Made by a program: the position numbers and the translations under genes. A model generated the notes under the pieces. It had not been told where the DNA came from, ran no database searches, and was given only the letters and a program-made list of their open reading frames with translations. 62,120 bases of DNA from Anaerolineae bacterium (lineage in GTDB: Bacteria; Chloroflexota; Anaerolineae; UBA1429), in NCBI GenBank assembly GCA_041685915.1, contig JAWLEV010000004.1:1-62120 (forward strand), given 5' to 3'. Shown here piece by piece: positions 38,301 through 48,522 of this stretch (positions are counted from its first letter, which is position 1; each line of letters starts with the position of its first letter).

Positions 38301-38644
38301 ACCTGAGAGCAGCGACCTGGCGAATGGTATACACCATACGTGATTTTCTGGCCTTTGTGCTGGAAGAATTGGGTTTGTGGTCTCATGATGTGGATGAGGT
38401 AGACGAGTTAGAGAGCACCATGGAGGAGGCCCTGCCACCCGTCAGGCCCTCCGATCGTTTTCGCGAGAGGCTGCGGGACGATCTCAGTCTGGCGGCACAG
38501 CATCAGGCGTCCGGACTTGTGGTCGAATATCCACGACCACTTCGAGAGGCCATCCTCTTGGGCCTCTCGGCGGGTATCTTGACCATCCTATTGACCGTCG
38601 TCGTGGTAATCTTTTATACCCGTCTGGTGACCTCTGAGGACTGA
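38297..38644 (+). CDS. Short putative anti-sigma factor with C-terminal TM
   Basis: 4-nt overlap with the sigma gene; RPSDRFRERL helix; C-terminal hydrophobic segment. Confidence 0.6.
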   Translation: MNLRAATWRMVYTIRDFLAFVLEELGLWSHDVDEVDELESTMEEALPPVRPSDRFRERLRDDLSLAAQHQASGLVVEYPRPLREAILLGLSAGILTILLTVVVVIFYTRLVTSED

Positions 38645-38660
38645 TCAGTCCTGCAGAGAT

Positions 38661-38696
38661 ATAAAAGAGCCCCTCTGAATAGAGGGGCTCTTTTAT
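38661..38696. terminator. Bidirectional intrinsic terminator
   Basis: ATAAAAGAGCCCCTCT-GAAT-AGAGGGGCTCTTTTAT between convergent genes. Confidence 0.9.
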
Positions 38697-38709
38697 TCGT
38701 TGGTTGGCA

Positions 38710-39693
38710 TCACGCACGGTGGCATGCTACCCAGTGTCCATCTTCTACTTCTTTCCATTCAGGGCTGACGGTTTCACACTTTTCCGTAGCGTATTGGCAC
38801 CGGGTGCAAAAGTTGCAACCCTGCGGGGGATTCGCGGGGCTCGGAACGTCCCCTTGTAGTATGATACGTTCCCGTTCATCCTCGACGTCGGGATCGGGGA
38901 TGGGCACGGCGGAAAGGAGCGCTTGGGTGTAGGGATGAAGTGGTTTCTCGTACAACTCGTCGCGGGTCGTCAACTCTGCGAGCTTGCCCAAGTACATCAC
39001 GGCGATACGGTCGCTGATGTGCCGCACCACGGATAGGTCGTGGGCGATGAACAGATATGTGAGACCAAGTTCGTCCTGGAGTTCCTCCAACAGGTTGATA
39101 ATCTGGGCCTGGATGGAGACATCCAGGGCGGATACCGGCTCGTCGCACACGATAAAGTCGGGCTGGACGGCCAGGGCGCGTGCCACACCGATACGCTGAC
39201 GCTGTCCGCCAGAGAACTCGTGGGGATAGCGGTTGATAAAGTACGGGTTCAGTCCCACCGTCTCCAGCAGCTCTTGCACCCGCTCGCGGCGCGCCTTTGG
39301 TCGCAGGATATTGTGCACCTGGAGGGGTTCCCCGACGATATTGCCCACGGTCATACGTGGATTAAGAGAGGCATAGGGATCCTGGAAGATCATCTGCATG
39401 CGTCTGCGCATGAGACGCAGCCGCTCGCCCCGCATCTCTGTTAACTCCTGACCCTCAAATTGTACCTTGCCCTCCGTTGGAGAGTACAGCTGCAGGAGGG
39501 CGCGCCCCGTCGTCGACTTGCCGCAGCCGCTCTCTCCTACCAGGCCGAGGGTCTCTCCCTTGCGTATATTAAAAGTCAGGCCATCGACGGCCTTGATATC
39601 TCCAATGTGGCGCTGGAATATGATACCCCGGGTGATGGGAAACCACATCTTGAGATTTTCGACTTGTATCAGTACGTCGTTATTTGTGACCAT
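38710..39693 (-). CDS. oppF: Oligopeptide ABC transporter ATPase
   Basis: [34 protein letters not shown]. Confidence 0.93.
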   Translation of the reverse strand: MVTNNDVLIQVENLKMWFPITRGIIFQRHIGDIKAVDGLTFNIRKGETLGLVGESGCGKSTTGRALLQLYSPTEGKVQFEGQELTEMRGERLRLMRRRMQMIFQDPYASLNPRMTVGNIVGEPLQVHNILRPKARRERVQELLETVGLNPYFINRYPHEFSGGQRQRIGVARALAVQPDFIVCDEPVSALDVSIQAQIINLLEELQDELGLTYLFIAHDLSVVRHISDRIAVMYLGKLAELTTRDELYEKPLHPYTQALLSAVPIPDPDVEDERERIILQGDVPSPANPPQGCNFCTRCQYATEKCETVSPEWKEVEDGHWVACHRA

Positions 39694-40687
39694 AACTTGT
39701 GCTCCCTTTATCCTCCGAGACGTCAACCCAACATGCTATCTCGTGTCCATCTGAGCCGATGGGTTCAAGTTGAGGATTTCGATCCAGACATTTGGGTATT
39801 CTATATTTACACCGTGCATAAAAGGGACACCCCGGCGGCAAACTGACGAGATCGGGAGGCAATCCCGCGATGGGGGTGAGTTTTTCGCGCTCCTGTTCAT
39901 CCAATCGTGGAAGCGAAGCCAACAAGCCCATAGAATAGGGATGGCGTGGATTGTTGTAGAATTCGTGTACTTTTGCTCGCTCCACCACATAGCCCGCATA
40001 CATCACCTGCACGCGATCCACAAGTCCCGCGACCACGCCCAGGTCGTGGGTTATCCAGATGATGGCCATGCCCAACTCTTCCTGCAGTTCCTTGATCAGC
40101 TCTGCGATCTGGGCCTGGATGGTTACGTCCAGGGCCGTGGTGGGCTCATCGGCGATGAGTACTTTGGGGTTGCAGGAAAGGGCCATGGCGATCATCACGC
40201 GTTGGCGCATGCCCCCTGAGAACTGATGGGGATAGTCGTCGATGCGATCTCGAGCCTGCGGAATATGCACCATTTCCATCAGTTCGATGCTGCGTTCCCG
40301 TGCCTCCCTCTTATCCATACCCATGTGCAGCTCCAGGGCTTCGCTGATCTGGCGCCCGATGGTCAACACGGGGTTCAAAGAAGTCATGGGGTCCTGAAAG
40401 ATCATGGCGATATCGTTGCCCCGCACACGACGGATATCCTCGTTGCTGAGCTGGAGCAGATCCCTCCCCTCGAACAGTACCTCACCGTCCACGATGCGAC
40501 CAGGGGGTTGGGGAATGAGCCGCATCATCGACAACACGCTGACGCTCTTTCCGCAACCGCTTTCGCCTACCACTCCCAGCGTTTCTCCTGCTTTTAGCGT
40601 AAAACTGATGCCATTGACCGCCTGGACGATCCCGTCCTGGGTAACGAACTCGGTGTGCAGGTTTTTGACTTGCAAAAGAGGTTCCAT
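39680..40687 (-). CDS. oppD: Oligopeptide ABC transporter ATPase
   Basis: [30 protein letters not shown]. Confidence 0.93.
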   Translation of the reverse strand: MEPLLQVKNLHTEFVTQDGIVQAVNGISFTLKAGETLGVVGESGCGKSVSVLSMMRLIPQPPGRIVDGEVLFEGRDLLQLSNEDIRRVRGNDIAMIFQDPMTSLNPVLTIGRQISEALELHMGMDKREARERSIELMEMVHIPQARDRIDDYPHQFSGGMRQRVMIAMALSCNPKVLIADEPTTALDVTIQAQIAELIKELQEELGMAIIWITHDLGVVAGLVDRVQVMYAGYVVERAKVHEFYNNPRHPYSMGLLASLPRLDEQEREKLTPIAGLPPDLVSLPPGCPFYARCKYRIPKCLDRNPQLEPIGSDGHEIACWVDVSEDKGSTSYGHK

Positions 40688-40717
40688 AGCCGTACTGCCT
40701 CCAATAAAGACTTTTTC

Positions 40718-42382
40718 TCAATCCTCGATGCGAATGTCCTTCAACCAGGGGTGCAACCCCGCACCAGCGGTAAAATCCCTGACATGGGGTTTCACTAGAT
40801 GATAGTTCACGCCATGATACAGGGGGATTATCGGGGCCTCGCGCACCACGATACGTTCCGCCTCTCGATAGAGCTCCCAGCGTGCGGCTGCATCTTCTTC
40901 CACCCGCGCCGCCTCCAGCAGTTCGTCCATGCGCTGATTGCGGTATCCCGTGTGATTCTGAGAGCTCTCGCTGTGAAAAAGAACATCTAAAAAGTTCTGA
41001 GGATCTGGGTAATCGGCGATCCAACCGGAGGAAAATATCTGATAGCGCTGCGCGCTTAGGTCGTCCAAAAAGTGTGCCCACTCCACCTGCTGCACCATGA
41101 TGTCCAGGCCCAGGTTCTCCGAGATCATATGCCGTATCGCCCGCGTCGTGTCGGGCATATGGCCGCTGGTGCCGCTGATGGTCAGCACGATCTGAGGCAT
41201 CTCCTCCTCGTTGCCATAGCGCGAACGTTCCAGGTTCTCGCGCGCTGCCTGGGGATCATGATTCAAGCCGCTCAGGGACGCGTCATGGCCCGGCATATCG
41301 GGAGGCAAAATGCCCTCGGCCGGTAGCCCCGTCTCCCTCAGCACGAGATCGGTGAGCTTTTGCTTGTCGATGGCCTGGATAAAAGCCTGACGCATCTTCT
41401 CGTCGTCAAAGGGTGGCTTGGTCACGTTCAATCCCAGATATTGTAGACTCAACTCCGCGCTTTGCACCAATTCGTTATGCAGGGGATTGTACGGGTCCGA
41501 TACACGCTCGATCTCGGATGGGGGTACGGTTACGATGTCCAGCATATCGTTCTCATACATGGCGATGGGCATACCCTCGCCCATCACGTATTCCACCCTT
41601 TGCAGGGCTGGCTTTTCCCCATAGTAGTTCTCATTGCGCAGGAGGATGATCTCATCGTCATCATGGCGCTCCAGAACAAAAGGGCCGCTCCCGTTGGGTG
41701 CCTCCAGCCAGGCCTTCCCTTCTTGTGTTATCTGTTCTTCATCCACTACAAAGGCGGTGGGGTAGGTGAGTTTGGCTAAAAAATAGGCCTTGGGCGCATC
41801 TATCTCGATCTGCAGGGTATGGGGACCCATGATCTCCAGGCCCGCGATTTCTTCCGTATCTCCGGCCATAAAGGCTTTTGTCCCCATAATGTCTCCCAAA
41901 TAGGGTGCTGCTACGGGAGAGCCCAGTTCGGGACTGCAGGCTCGTTCTATGGAATAGATGATGTCCTGTGCTGTGATAGGGCTGCCATCGGCGAACTGGG
42001 CCTCTTCCTTTAGGTGAAAGGTATACGTCGTCCCGTCGGGATCGAGTTCCCACTCGCTGGCCAGATCGGGCACGATCTCCTGTTCCGCGTTCAGAGCCAC
42101 CAGGCCACTGTAGAGATGGACCACATATTCCGCAGATGTGCTGTCCTGTACCATGGCCGGGTCCAGCGTCGGGGGCTTTCCGCCAAGGACGCGGAGGGTC
42201 CCCCCCGCGTCCGCCCGTTTTACGTCGCTGAGGGGAGCCCCCTGGGAGACCGAGGACTCTTGCTTACGCAAAAAGCCCTTGTAGGCCAAATAGCCCGCGG
42301 AGGCGCATGCTCCGCTGAGCACACACAAAGAGAGTAGAATCAAGCCTATGCCGGCCAACCAGGTGCGCCTGGACATATCCAT
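40718..42382 (-). CDS. Second peptide ABC substrate-binding protein (family 5)
   Basis: PPTLDPA, PDLASEW, NGSGPF, GWIADYPDP. Confidence 0.9.
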   Translation of the reverse strand: MDMSRRTWLAGIGLILLSLCVLSGACASAGYLAYKGFLRKQESSVSQGAPLSDVKRADAGGTLRVLGGKPPTLDPAMVQDSTSAEYVVHLYSGLVALNAEQEIVPDLASEWELDPDGTTYTFHLKEEAQFADGSPITAQDIIYSIERACSPELGSPVAAPYLGDIMGTKAFMAGDTEEIAGLEIMGPHTLQIEIDAPKAYFLAKLTYPTAFVVDEEQITQEGKAWLEAPNGSGPFVLERHDDDEIILLRNENYYGEKPALQRVEYVMGEGMPIAMYENDMLDIVTVPPSEIERVSDPYNPLHNELVQSAELSLQYLGLNVTKPPFDDEKMRQAFIQAIDKQKLTDLVLRETGLPAEGILPPDMPGHDASLSGLNHDPQAARENLERSRYGNEEEMPQIVLTISGTSGHMPDTTRAIRHMISENLGLDIMVQQVEWAHFLDDLSAQRYQIFSSGWIADYPDPQNFLDVLFHSESSQNHTGYRNQRMDELLEAARVEEDAAARWELYREAERIVVREAPIIPLYHGVNYHLVKPHVRDFTAGAGLHPWLKDIRIED

Positions 42383-42405
42383 CCCCCTATTCGCTGGCGG
42401 CGCCT

Positions 42406-43464
42406 CTACTGAGTGCCGCGCATGCGCGGATCCAGTGCATCGCGCAGTCCATCCCCCAAAAAGTTGAAAGCGAACATGGTAAGGGACAGGATGATGGCGG
42501 GGAAAAGCACCTGGTTGGGATAGGAGCGAATGGCCTTGGCCCCGTCAGAGATCATGCTCCCCCAGCTCGGGGTGGGGGGATCGACGCCCAACCCGATGAA
42601 GCTCAAAAACACCTCAGTATTGATGTAACCGGGGATATCCAGTGTCACGCTGACCAGGATGGGGCCGATGATGTTGGGCAGGACATGTCGTACGATGATG
42701 CGCAGATCACTGGCCCCAATCATGCGGGACGCTTCGATGAATTCTTTTTCTTTCAGGGAGAGGATCTGTCCTCGTGCCAGGCGGGCGGTGCCCATCCAGG
42801 CCGTAATCCCGATGCCCATAAAGATGAAAAAGATACCTCCGCCTTGTAGACCAAAGAGGCCGTCGATGGCGTCGTTGATCTTATTGAAGGTGTAAGAGGC
42901 TGTTCCCGGTTCTGGCGCGCCGCCAAAGGTGGTCTTGAAAAAGGCCATGAGCAGGATGATGAGCAGCATGGTGGGGAAGGCATAGACGATCTCCACGATG
43001 CGCATCATGATGTCGTCCACTTTTCCGCCATAATATCCCGATATACAGCCGTACACGAGACCGATAACCAGAGCTGTCGTGGCTCCGATGAATCCCACGG
43101 GGAGAGACACGCGGGCACCATAGATGATGCGACTCAGGAGGTCGCGCCCCAAATAGTCGGCACCCAATGAGAATTTGTTTCCTATGGTGGCATAGTTCTC
43201 CATGTTCCCGGGCATTACCTTTGTCAGCCACAGGGGCACCATATAGTTCTCGTCGGAATCTCCCCTTGCGTAATGGTAGGGGGCGATGACGTTGGCGAAA
43301 ATGGCCAGAAATATCAATAGGAGGACGAGGATGCCCCCGATGACGGCTGCCCTGTTTCGGAGCAGGCGCTCGAAAGCATCCTGCCATAGGTTTGTCACCC
43401 TATGTTGCGATTCACGGTCCGTACCGGTACTTAGACGGCGAGCGGCCCGCTTTTGTCTGCTCAT
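42406..43464 (-). CDS. oppC: Oligopeptide ABC permease
   Basis: LGADYLGRD, EFIEASRMIGA, LSFIGLG, GDGLRDALDPR. Confidence 0.92.
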   Translation of the reverse strand: MSRQKRAARRLSTGTDRESQHRVTNLWQDAFERLLRNRAAVIGGILVLLLIFLAIFANVIAPYHYARGDSDENYMVPLWLTKVMPGNMENYATIGNKFSLGADYLGRDLLSRIIYGARVSLPVGFIGATTALVIGLVYGCISGYYGGKVDDIMMRIVEIVYAFPTMLLIILLMAFFKTTFGGAPEPGTASYTFNKINDAIDGLFGLQGGGIFFIFMGIGITAWMGTARLARGQILSLKEKEFIEASRMIGASDLRIIVRHVLPNIIGPILVSVTLDIPGYINTEVFLSFIGLGVDPPTPSWGSMISDGAKAIRSYPNQVLFPAIILSLTMFAFNFLGDGLRDALDPRMRGTQ

Positions 43465-43481
43465 AAGGGAAAAAGTCCTTT

Positions 43482-44429
43482 CTAGTCGTAATGGATCCGC
43501 GGATCCAGGAATGCATATATGATGTCGACGACGAGGGTCGATACGGTCAAAAAGAGAGCATACATGAGCACCGTTCCCATCACGACGGGATAGTCTCGGT
43601 TGCTGATGCTGGTGATGAAATATTTGCCCATGCCAGGGATGGCAAATATCTGTTCCACAACAAAGCTGCCCGTGACGATGCTAGCGAACATGGGTGCCAG
43701 GACGGTGACCACTGGTATCAAGGCGTTTTTAAGCGCATGGCGCACGATCACGATTTTCTCGCTCAAACCCTTGGCATGAGCGGTGCGTATATAATCCTCG
43801 CGTGTGACCTGCAGCATGCTGGCCCGCGTCAGGCGGGCGATGATGGCCGACGAGCCCAGCCCCAGGGCTATGGCGGGCATGATCATCTGTTTCAGGCGTC
43901 CCCATCCAGCCACGGGGAACCATCCCAGGGTCAGGGCAAAGATGAGGATGAGCAGGGGACCCAATACCACCGAGGGCACGGACACGCCAAAGATGGCCAC
44001 CGTCATGCTCGCATAGTCCCATACAGTGTTCTGTTTTAGTGCGGCCACCACGCCCAGGGGGACGCCCATGCCCACAGCGATCGACATGGCCACCAGGCCC
44101 AGTTTTAAGGAGACGGGAAGGTGGTCACGAAAGATGTCGTTCACCGTGCGGCTGCGCGAGGCGTAGGAGGGGCCAAAATCCCACTGAAGGACGCCGGAAA
44201 ACTCGCCTTGTGGGTTGCGAGTAACACCAATATAGTCGGTGTACTGTTTCCACAGGGGTTGATCGATGCCATAGTGCCTGTTCAGGTTGGCCCTGATCTC
44301 GGCCGGCAGGGGTTTTTCGCGGTCAAAAGGGCCGCCGGGGACGGCGTGCACCAAGGCAAAGGTGACGATGGAGATAAAAAGGAACACGGGAATCAACCAT
44401 AATATGCGTCGAACGATGTATCGTCCCAT
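43482..44429 (-). CDS. oppB: Oligopeptide ABC permease
   Basis: PGGPF, DYIRTAHAKGL, RDYPV, LDPRI. Confidence 0.93.
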   Translation of the reverse strand: MGRYIVRRILWLIPVFLFISIVTFALVHAVPGGPFDREKPLPAEIRANLNRHYGIDQPLWKQYTDYIGVTRNPQGEFSGVLQWDFGPSYASRSRTVNDIFRDHLPVSLKLGLVAMSIAVGMGVPLGVVAALKQNTVWDYASMTVAIFGVSVPSVVLGPLLILIFALTLGWFPVAGWGRLKQMIMPAIALGLGSSAIIARLTRASMLQVTREDYIRTAHAKGLSEKIVIVRHALKNALIPVVTVLAPMFASIVTGSFVVEQIFAIPGMGKYFITSISNRDYPVVMGTVLMYALFLTVSTLVVDIIYAFLDPRIHYD

Positions 44430-44614
44430 CTTTTTCTATTGTCCGTCCTCCCTGTAGGTTATAAAGATCTAGCATCTTATCCACTGAAACGCTTTTTCTG
44501 CTGGATGGTAGCGTTCTCCGTTAAAGATTCTGGATTTGGCGATGATTGTTTCCTAAGTGGATCCCAGATTGGAACGCCGACAACACATTATAACATGTAT
44601 CACACGATATACAT

Positions 44615-44649
44615 AAAAGTGCCACATGGCCACCGGGGCCATGTGGCAC
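44615..44649 (-). terminator. Internal terminator after oppA
   Basis: GTGCCACATGGCC/GGCCATGTGGCAC stem followed by TTTT on the minus strand. Confidence 0.8.
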
Positions 44650-44672
44650 ACATCCCTAGCGATGATGGAAGC

Positions 44673-46328
44673 CTATTCCTTCTCGATGGTCCACTGCTCC
44701 CAGTGCTCGCCGCCCAGAGGCGCGTACGCGCGGTTCACGTATGGCTTGGTGCAGACGACGCGCGTATAGTAGTAGATGGGGGCGATGATGGCCTCGTCGG
44801 CGCAGAGGATCTTTTCCGCCTCAAAGTAGAGTTCCTCGCGCTTCTCGGGATCGGGCTCTTCCGCCGCTTGCTCCGTCAGTTCCATAAATCTCTGTGCGGA
44901 TTCTGACTCGGGATCCCACTGGGGATCGTTAGAGCCCTTTGTGGGGTGGAAGACTTCCATGACCCAGTTGTTCTCGTCCGGATAGTCCGCACACCAACCC
45001 AGGCGGTAAGCCTGCGGTGCGTCCTCGGTCACGGTGTCCAGGTAAACCTTCCACTCCTGGTTGGCCAGTTTCACTTCCACGCCCAGGTTCTCTTTCCACG
45101 TCTGCTGGGCGAACTCGGCGATCCTTTGGTGTCCCTCGTCTGTATTGAACATCAGGGTGATATCGGGCAATCCCTCGCCATCCGCATATCCCGCCTCTGC
45201 CAACAGTTGTTTCGCCTTGTCGGGGTCGAAGGTGATACCGGGAAAGTCCGGATTTTCTGCCGGCGTGCCAAAGATACCGGGAGGGGCGAACGTCTGGGCT
45301 GGCTTTTGGCCGCCCTTGGTCACCGTGTCGATCAGTTTCTGCCGGTCAAAGGCGTAGGAGAAGGCCTGTCGCACCAGGGGATCGTCGAACGGTTCCTTGG
45401 TCGTGTTGAACCCATAGTAGTAGGTGCAGAGGTCTGGCGCGATGTACAGTTCCTCGGACAACTCGGGGTCCGCCTTGACGCGGTCTATATCCTCCTGGGG
45501 CGGGCTCGCCACGTCCAACTCGTCGTTCTCGTACATGGCAAAGGCCGTCGAGGCCTCGGTGACCATGACGCAGTTGACCTTGGCGATCTGCACGTCATCC
45601 GCCGCATAGTAGTGGGGGTTCTTGACAAAGACCATCTCGTCTTCGTGGTCCCACGTGTCGAGGCAGTAGGGACCGTTAGTCACAATGTTCTCGGGTTCTG
45701 TCCACGTGTCGCCATGTTCCTCGATGGTGTCCTGGGGCACGGGGCGGTTGATCCACATGCCAGCGATGGCGGGGAAATAGCCCGCGGGCCGTTCCAACGT
45801 GAACTGCAGCGTATAGTCGTCCAGGGCCTCGACGCCGATGCTATCCAGGTCCGTGCTCTCGCCGGTGTTTACGGCCTCGGCATTCTTGATGATATAGTCG
45901 ACGTAGGCATAGTCCGACGCCGTCTCGGGATTGATGGTGCGCTTTACGCCGTATTCCACGTCGTGAGCCGTGACCGGATCCAGCTCTTCCGCCTTCTCGC
46001 TTTCGGGATCATACTTTACCCAATGGGCATCATCCCGCATGTTGAACGTCCAGACGAGGCCATCGTCGGATACGTCCCAATCTGTGGCCAGTTCGGGCAC
46101 GACCTCCATGGTCTCGTCGTCAAAGTCCGTCAACCCCAAAAAGAGCGCCTGGTCCACCTGCACTGATGTGGTGTCCGTGGCCAGGGCGGGGTCTGCGGTG
46201 GGCGGTTCGGTGCCCAGGTTCCAGTTGAGCTCAGGCCCCTCGGCCCTCCCTCCGGCACATCCGCTCAGAACCGTCGAAAAAGCCATAAAGACGGCCAGCA
46301 GGATGAGAACTGCTTTCTTACTTGCCAT
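44673..46328 (-). CDS. oppA: Oligopeptide ABC substrate-binding lipoprotein
   Basis: LSGC lipobox, EPPTADP, VTNGPY, GWCADYPD. Confidence 0.92.
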   Translation of the reverse strand: MASKKAVLILLAVFMAFSTVLSGCAGGRAEGPELNWNLGTEPPTADPALATDTTSVQVDQALFLGLTDFDDETMEVVPELATDWDVSDDGLVWTFNMRDDAHWVKYDPESEKAEELDPVTAHDVEYGVKRTINPETASDYAYVDYIIKNAEAVNTGESTDLDSIGVEALDDYTLQFTLERPAGYFPAIAGMWINRPVPQDTIEEHGDTWTEPENIVTNGPYCLDTWDHEDEMVFVKNPHYYAADDVQIAKVNCVMVTEASTAFAMYENDELDVASPPQEDIDRVKADPELSEELYIAPDLCTYYYGFNTTKEPFDDPLVRQAFSYAFDRQKLIDTVTKGGQKPAQTFAPPGIFGTPAENPDFPGITFDPDKAKQLLAEAGYADGEGLPDITLMFNTDEGHQRIAEFAQQTWKENLGVEVKLANQEWKVYLDTVTEDAPQAYRLGWCADYPDENNWVMEVFHPTKGSNDPQWDPESESAQRFMELTEQAAEEPDPEKREELYFEAEKILCADEAIIAPIYYYTRVVCTKPYVNRAYAPLGGEHWEQWTIEKE

Positions 46329-46538
46329 TTTTCCCTCCTCAGAGAGTATTGTGAAATGAGATAACTCTATCCATCCCCCGTATGATCTCGCCTCGCGTCA
46401 TCTCGATTTTTCTCAGATGTGTGATCATCGAATGGGGAATGAAATTGACGCCCTATTATATCATCCTTTCGTCCTTGTACCCAACTTCACAATTGTACTA
46501 CTAATTATGTTCGAATCCAAATGTGTTTCCGCGCAAAC

Positions 46539-47408
46539 TTAGTGTGGAATGATCAGCTTTTGTCCCACGTGGATCGCGTTAGGATTCCGCAATCCGTTGG
46601 CGTGCACGAGGCTTTCTACACTTACGCCATATCGCCTGGCGATGGCAAAGAGGCTCTGGCCCGGCGCCACGATGTGAATGCGGATGGGAGGCACCGTGCC
46701 TGCCCTGATAGTGAGCGTGGTGCCTGGCGACAGGTCGTTGGGGTCTCTTACGCGGGGATTCTCTGCCATGATGTCAGAGATCGTGGTGCGATACGTGCGG
46801 GCAAGTTGGGCCAGGCTCTCTCCCCGCCGCACTATATGCTCGACGGTGTAGGGGGTGGGGGTCCCCGATGGTTTATGCCCCACCGGGATTATAAGCGATT
46901 GGTCTACATGAATTGCATTCGAGTAGGGTAGATCGTTTTTGTCCATGATGGCCAGTACGGTAGTGTCGTATCTCTCGGCGATGCTGTAAAGGGTCTCTCC
47001 CGCTTTTACCACATGCACCACCTCACCTGGAGGATGTGGGGTCGATTCAAGGGAGGAGGTCGTCGGTCCTATGGTGGGGATCTCGACCGTGGTGGTGGGC
47101 GGATGGGAGGTGGTTGTAGGTAGGGATGTCGTGGTCAATGGGGGTGTGATGGGGGGAAGGGAGGGCGTAACGCTGGGCATGGTGGGAGAGGGCTGGGTGT
47201 CGGTGTCCTGGGCCGGGGCATTTTGGGCGACGATTTCCTGTTCCCGTTCGAGACTCTCGGGTATCGTGACCGTGCGCGGGGGCTTGGCTCGCGCGCAGCC
47301 GAGAGCCAGTATCACAAGAATAAGCATTGGCCCGATCTTTGCCAGGAACCTGAAAAAGTAGTTGGGACCCTTTTTCCTTTCTCGCTGCAAGCGTCCCTTT
47401 ATGGACAT
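46539..47408 (-). CDS. Lipoprotein with three LysM domains and Thr/Pro linker
   Basis: LALGC; HVVKAGETLYSIA, HIVRRGESLAQLA, HIVAPGQSLFAIA. Confidence 0.9.
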   Translation of the reverse strand: MSIKGRLQRERKKGPNYFFRFLAKIGPMLILVILALGCARAKPPRTVTIPESLEREQEIVAQNAPAQDTDTQPSPTMPSVTPSLPPITPPLTTTSLPTTTSHPPTTTVEIPTIGPTTSSLESTPHPPGEVVHVVKAGETLYSIAERYDTTVLAIMDKNDLPYSNAIHVDQSLIIPVGHKPSGTPTPYTVEHIVRRGESLAQLARTYRTTISDIMAENPRVRDPNDLSPGTTLTIRAGTVPPIRIHIVAPGQSLFAIARRYGVSVESLVHANGLRNPNAIHVGQKLIIPH

Positions 47409-47548
47409 TGCGCTGCTTTCACTCTTTTTCTCATAGGGTCAGCTGCGTTTCATCCTATCATGACCGCTCGACGTCGTCAAGGGCCGGTCAATCCTTTTCC
47501 TTTCGGCCTGCCCCTCGGGAGAATCTACTCGCTGCAGTTCAGAACTTT

Positions 47549-48316
47549 TTACTCCCCCGATTCCCCCCTCTTGGCTTCGTCTCCCGCTTTCTCTGTGGCA
47601 TCCTCCTGACACTGTTCAAGACATATCTCCCCAAAGTTTTTTTTCTGAGATACCCGAATCTGCTGCTGTTTTATTAGCTCCAGCATGGCCAGAAAAGTGA
47701 CGATGATCTCCATGCGAGAACGAGCCTCACGCATGAACTCGCTGAACGTTACCCTCTCTTTGTGGCGCACTCCTGTCAGGATGCTCTGAATGCAGTCATC
47801 TATGTGTACCTCGAGGCGAGAGACCACCTCTTCCACAGGTGAATGGGGCGGGTTTCTCTCCAAGAGTTCCTCAAAGGCCTGTAGCAGGTCCTCGATGTCG
47901 CCCTGGCCAGGCTTTACCCGCTGTTCTATGTCGGGAGGAGGGGCAAGCCGCACATAGCTTCTCTGCCCCCTCTCTTCGATCTCTCCCAACCGGGAGGCCA
48001 TCTCTTTGAAGCGCTTGTAGGCCTGCAGCCTGCTCACGAGATCGCTCTCCCAGTCGCTTTCCTCCTGCTCTTTGTCCTCTTCTGGTTGGGGGAGGAGCAC
48101 CCTCGACTTGATCACCAAAAGCTGGGCGGCCACCACGACAAAGTCCGCCAGATCGTCCGGCTCGACGTGCTGAAGCTCTTCCAGGTGGGCCAGATATTGA
48201 TCCGCCACGGTGGCTAAAGAGATGGTGGTGACATCGAGCTCCTCGGCCTCGATGAGGCGGAGGAGGAGTTCCAGAGGGCCTCTGAAAATGTCGAGTGCTA
48301 CGGTATAAGAAGACAT
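47549..48316 (-). CDS. scpA: Segregation and condensation protein A
   Basis: [25 protein letters not shown]; GGAGG RBS. Confidence 0.92.
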   Translation of the reverse strand: MSSYTVALDIFRGPLELLLRLIEAEELDVTTISLATVADQYLAHLEELQHVEPDDLADFVVVAAQLLVIKSRVLLPQPEEDKEQEESDWESDLVSRLQAYKRFKEMASRLGEIEERGQRSYVRLAPPPDIEQRVKPGQGDIEDLLQAFEELLERNPPHSPVEEVVSRLEVHIDDCIQSILTGVRHKERVTFSEFMREARSRMEIIVTFLAMLELIKQQQIRVSQKKNFGEICLEQCQEDATEKAGDEAKRGESGE

Positions 48317-48522
48317 GCCACCTCCTGACAGGGAATAGGATACCTGGAATGCGCTCTTTTGTCCATGTCGCAAGCACACGGCGCATCGCGCCGATGGATG
48401 GACTACCGGTGGTGCGGGAGCGATGGCATCTATTCGACTTGACGTCACGGGGTGAAAGGCACACAATATCCTTTGTGTTTGCAGATATGGCGGCTGGAGG
48501 GCACAGGATAGGGAGGTCTGTT

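Noticed and set aside
48317-48522. Cobalamin riboswitch before the mutase cluster
   Set aside because: No B12-box pattern recognised; a TTGACG-N17-CACAAT promoter lies close to the start, leaving a short leader.
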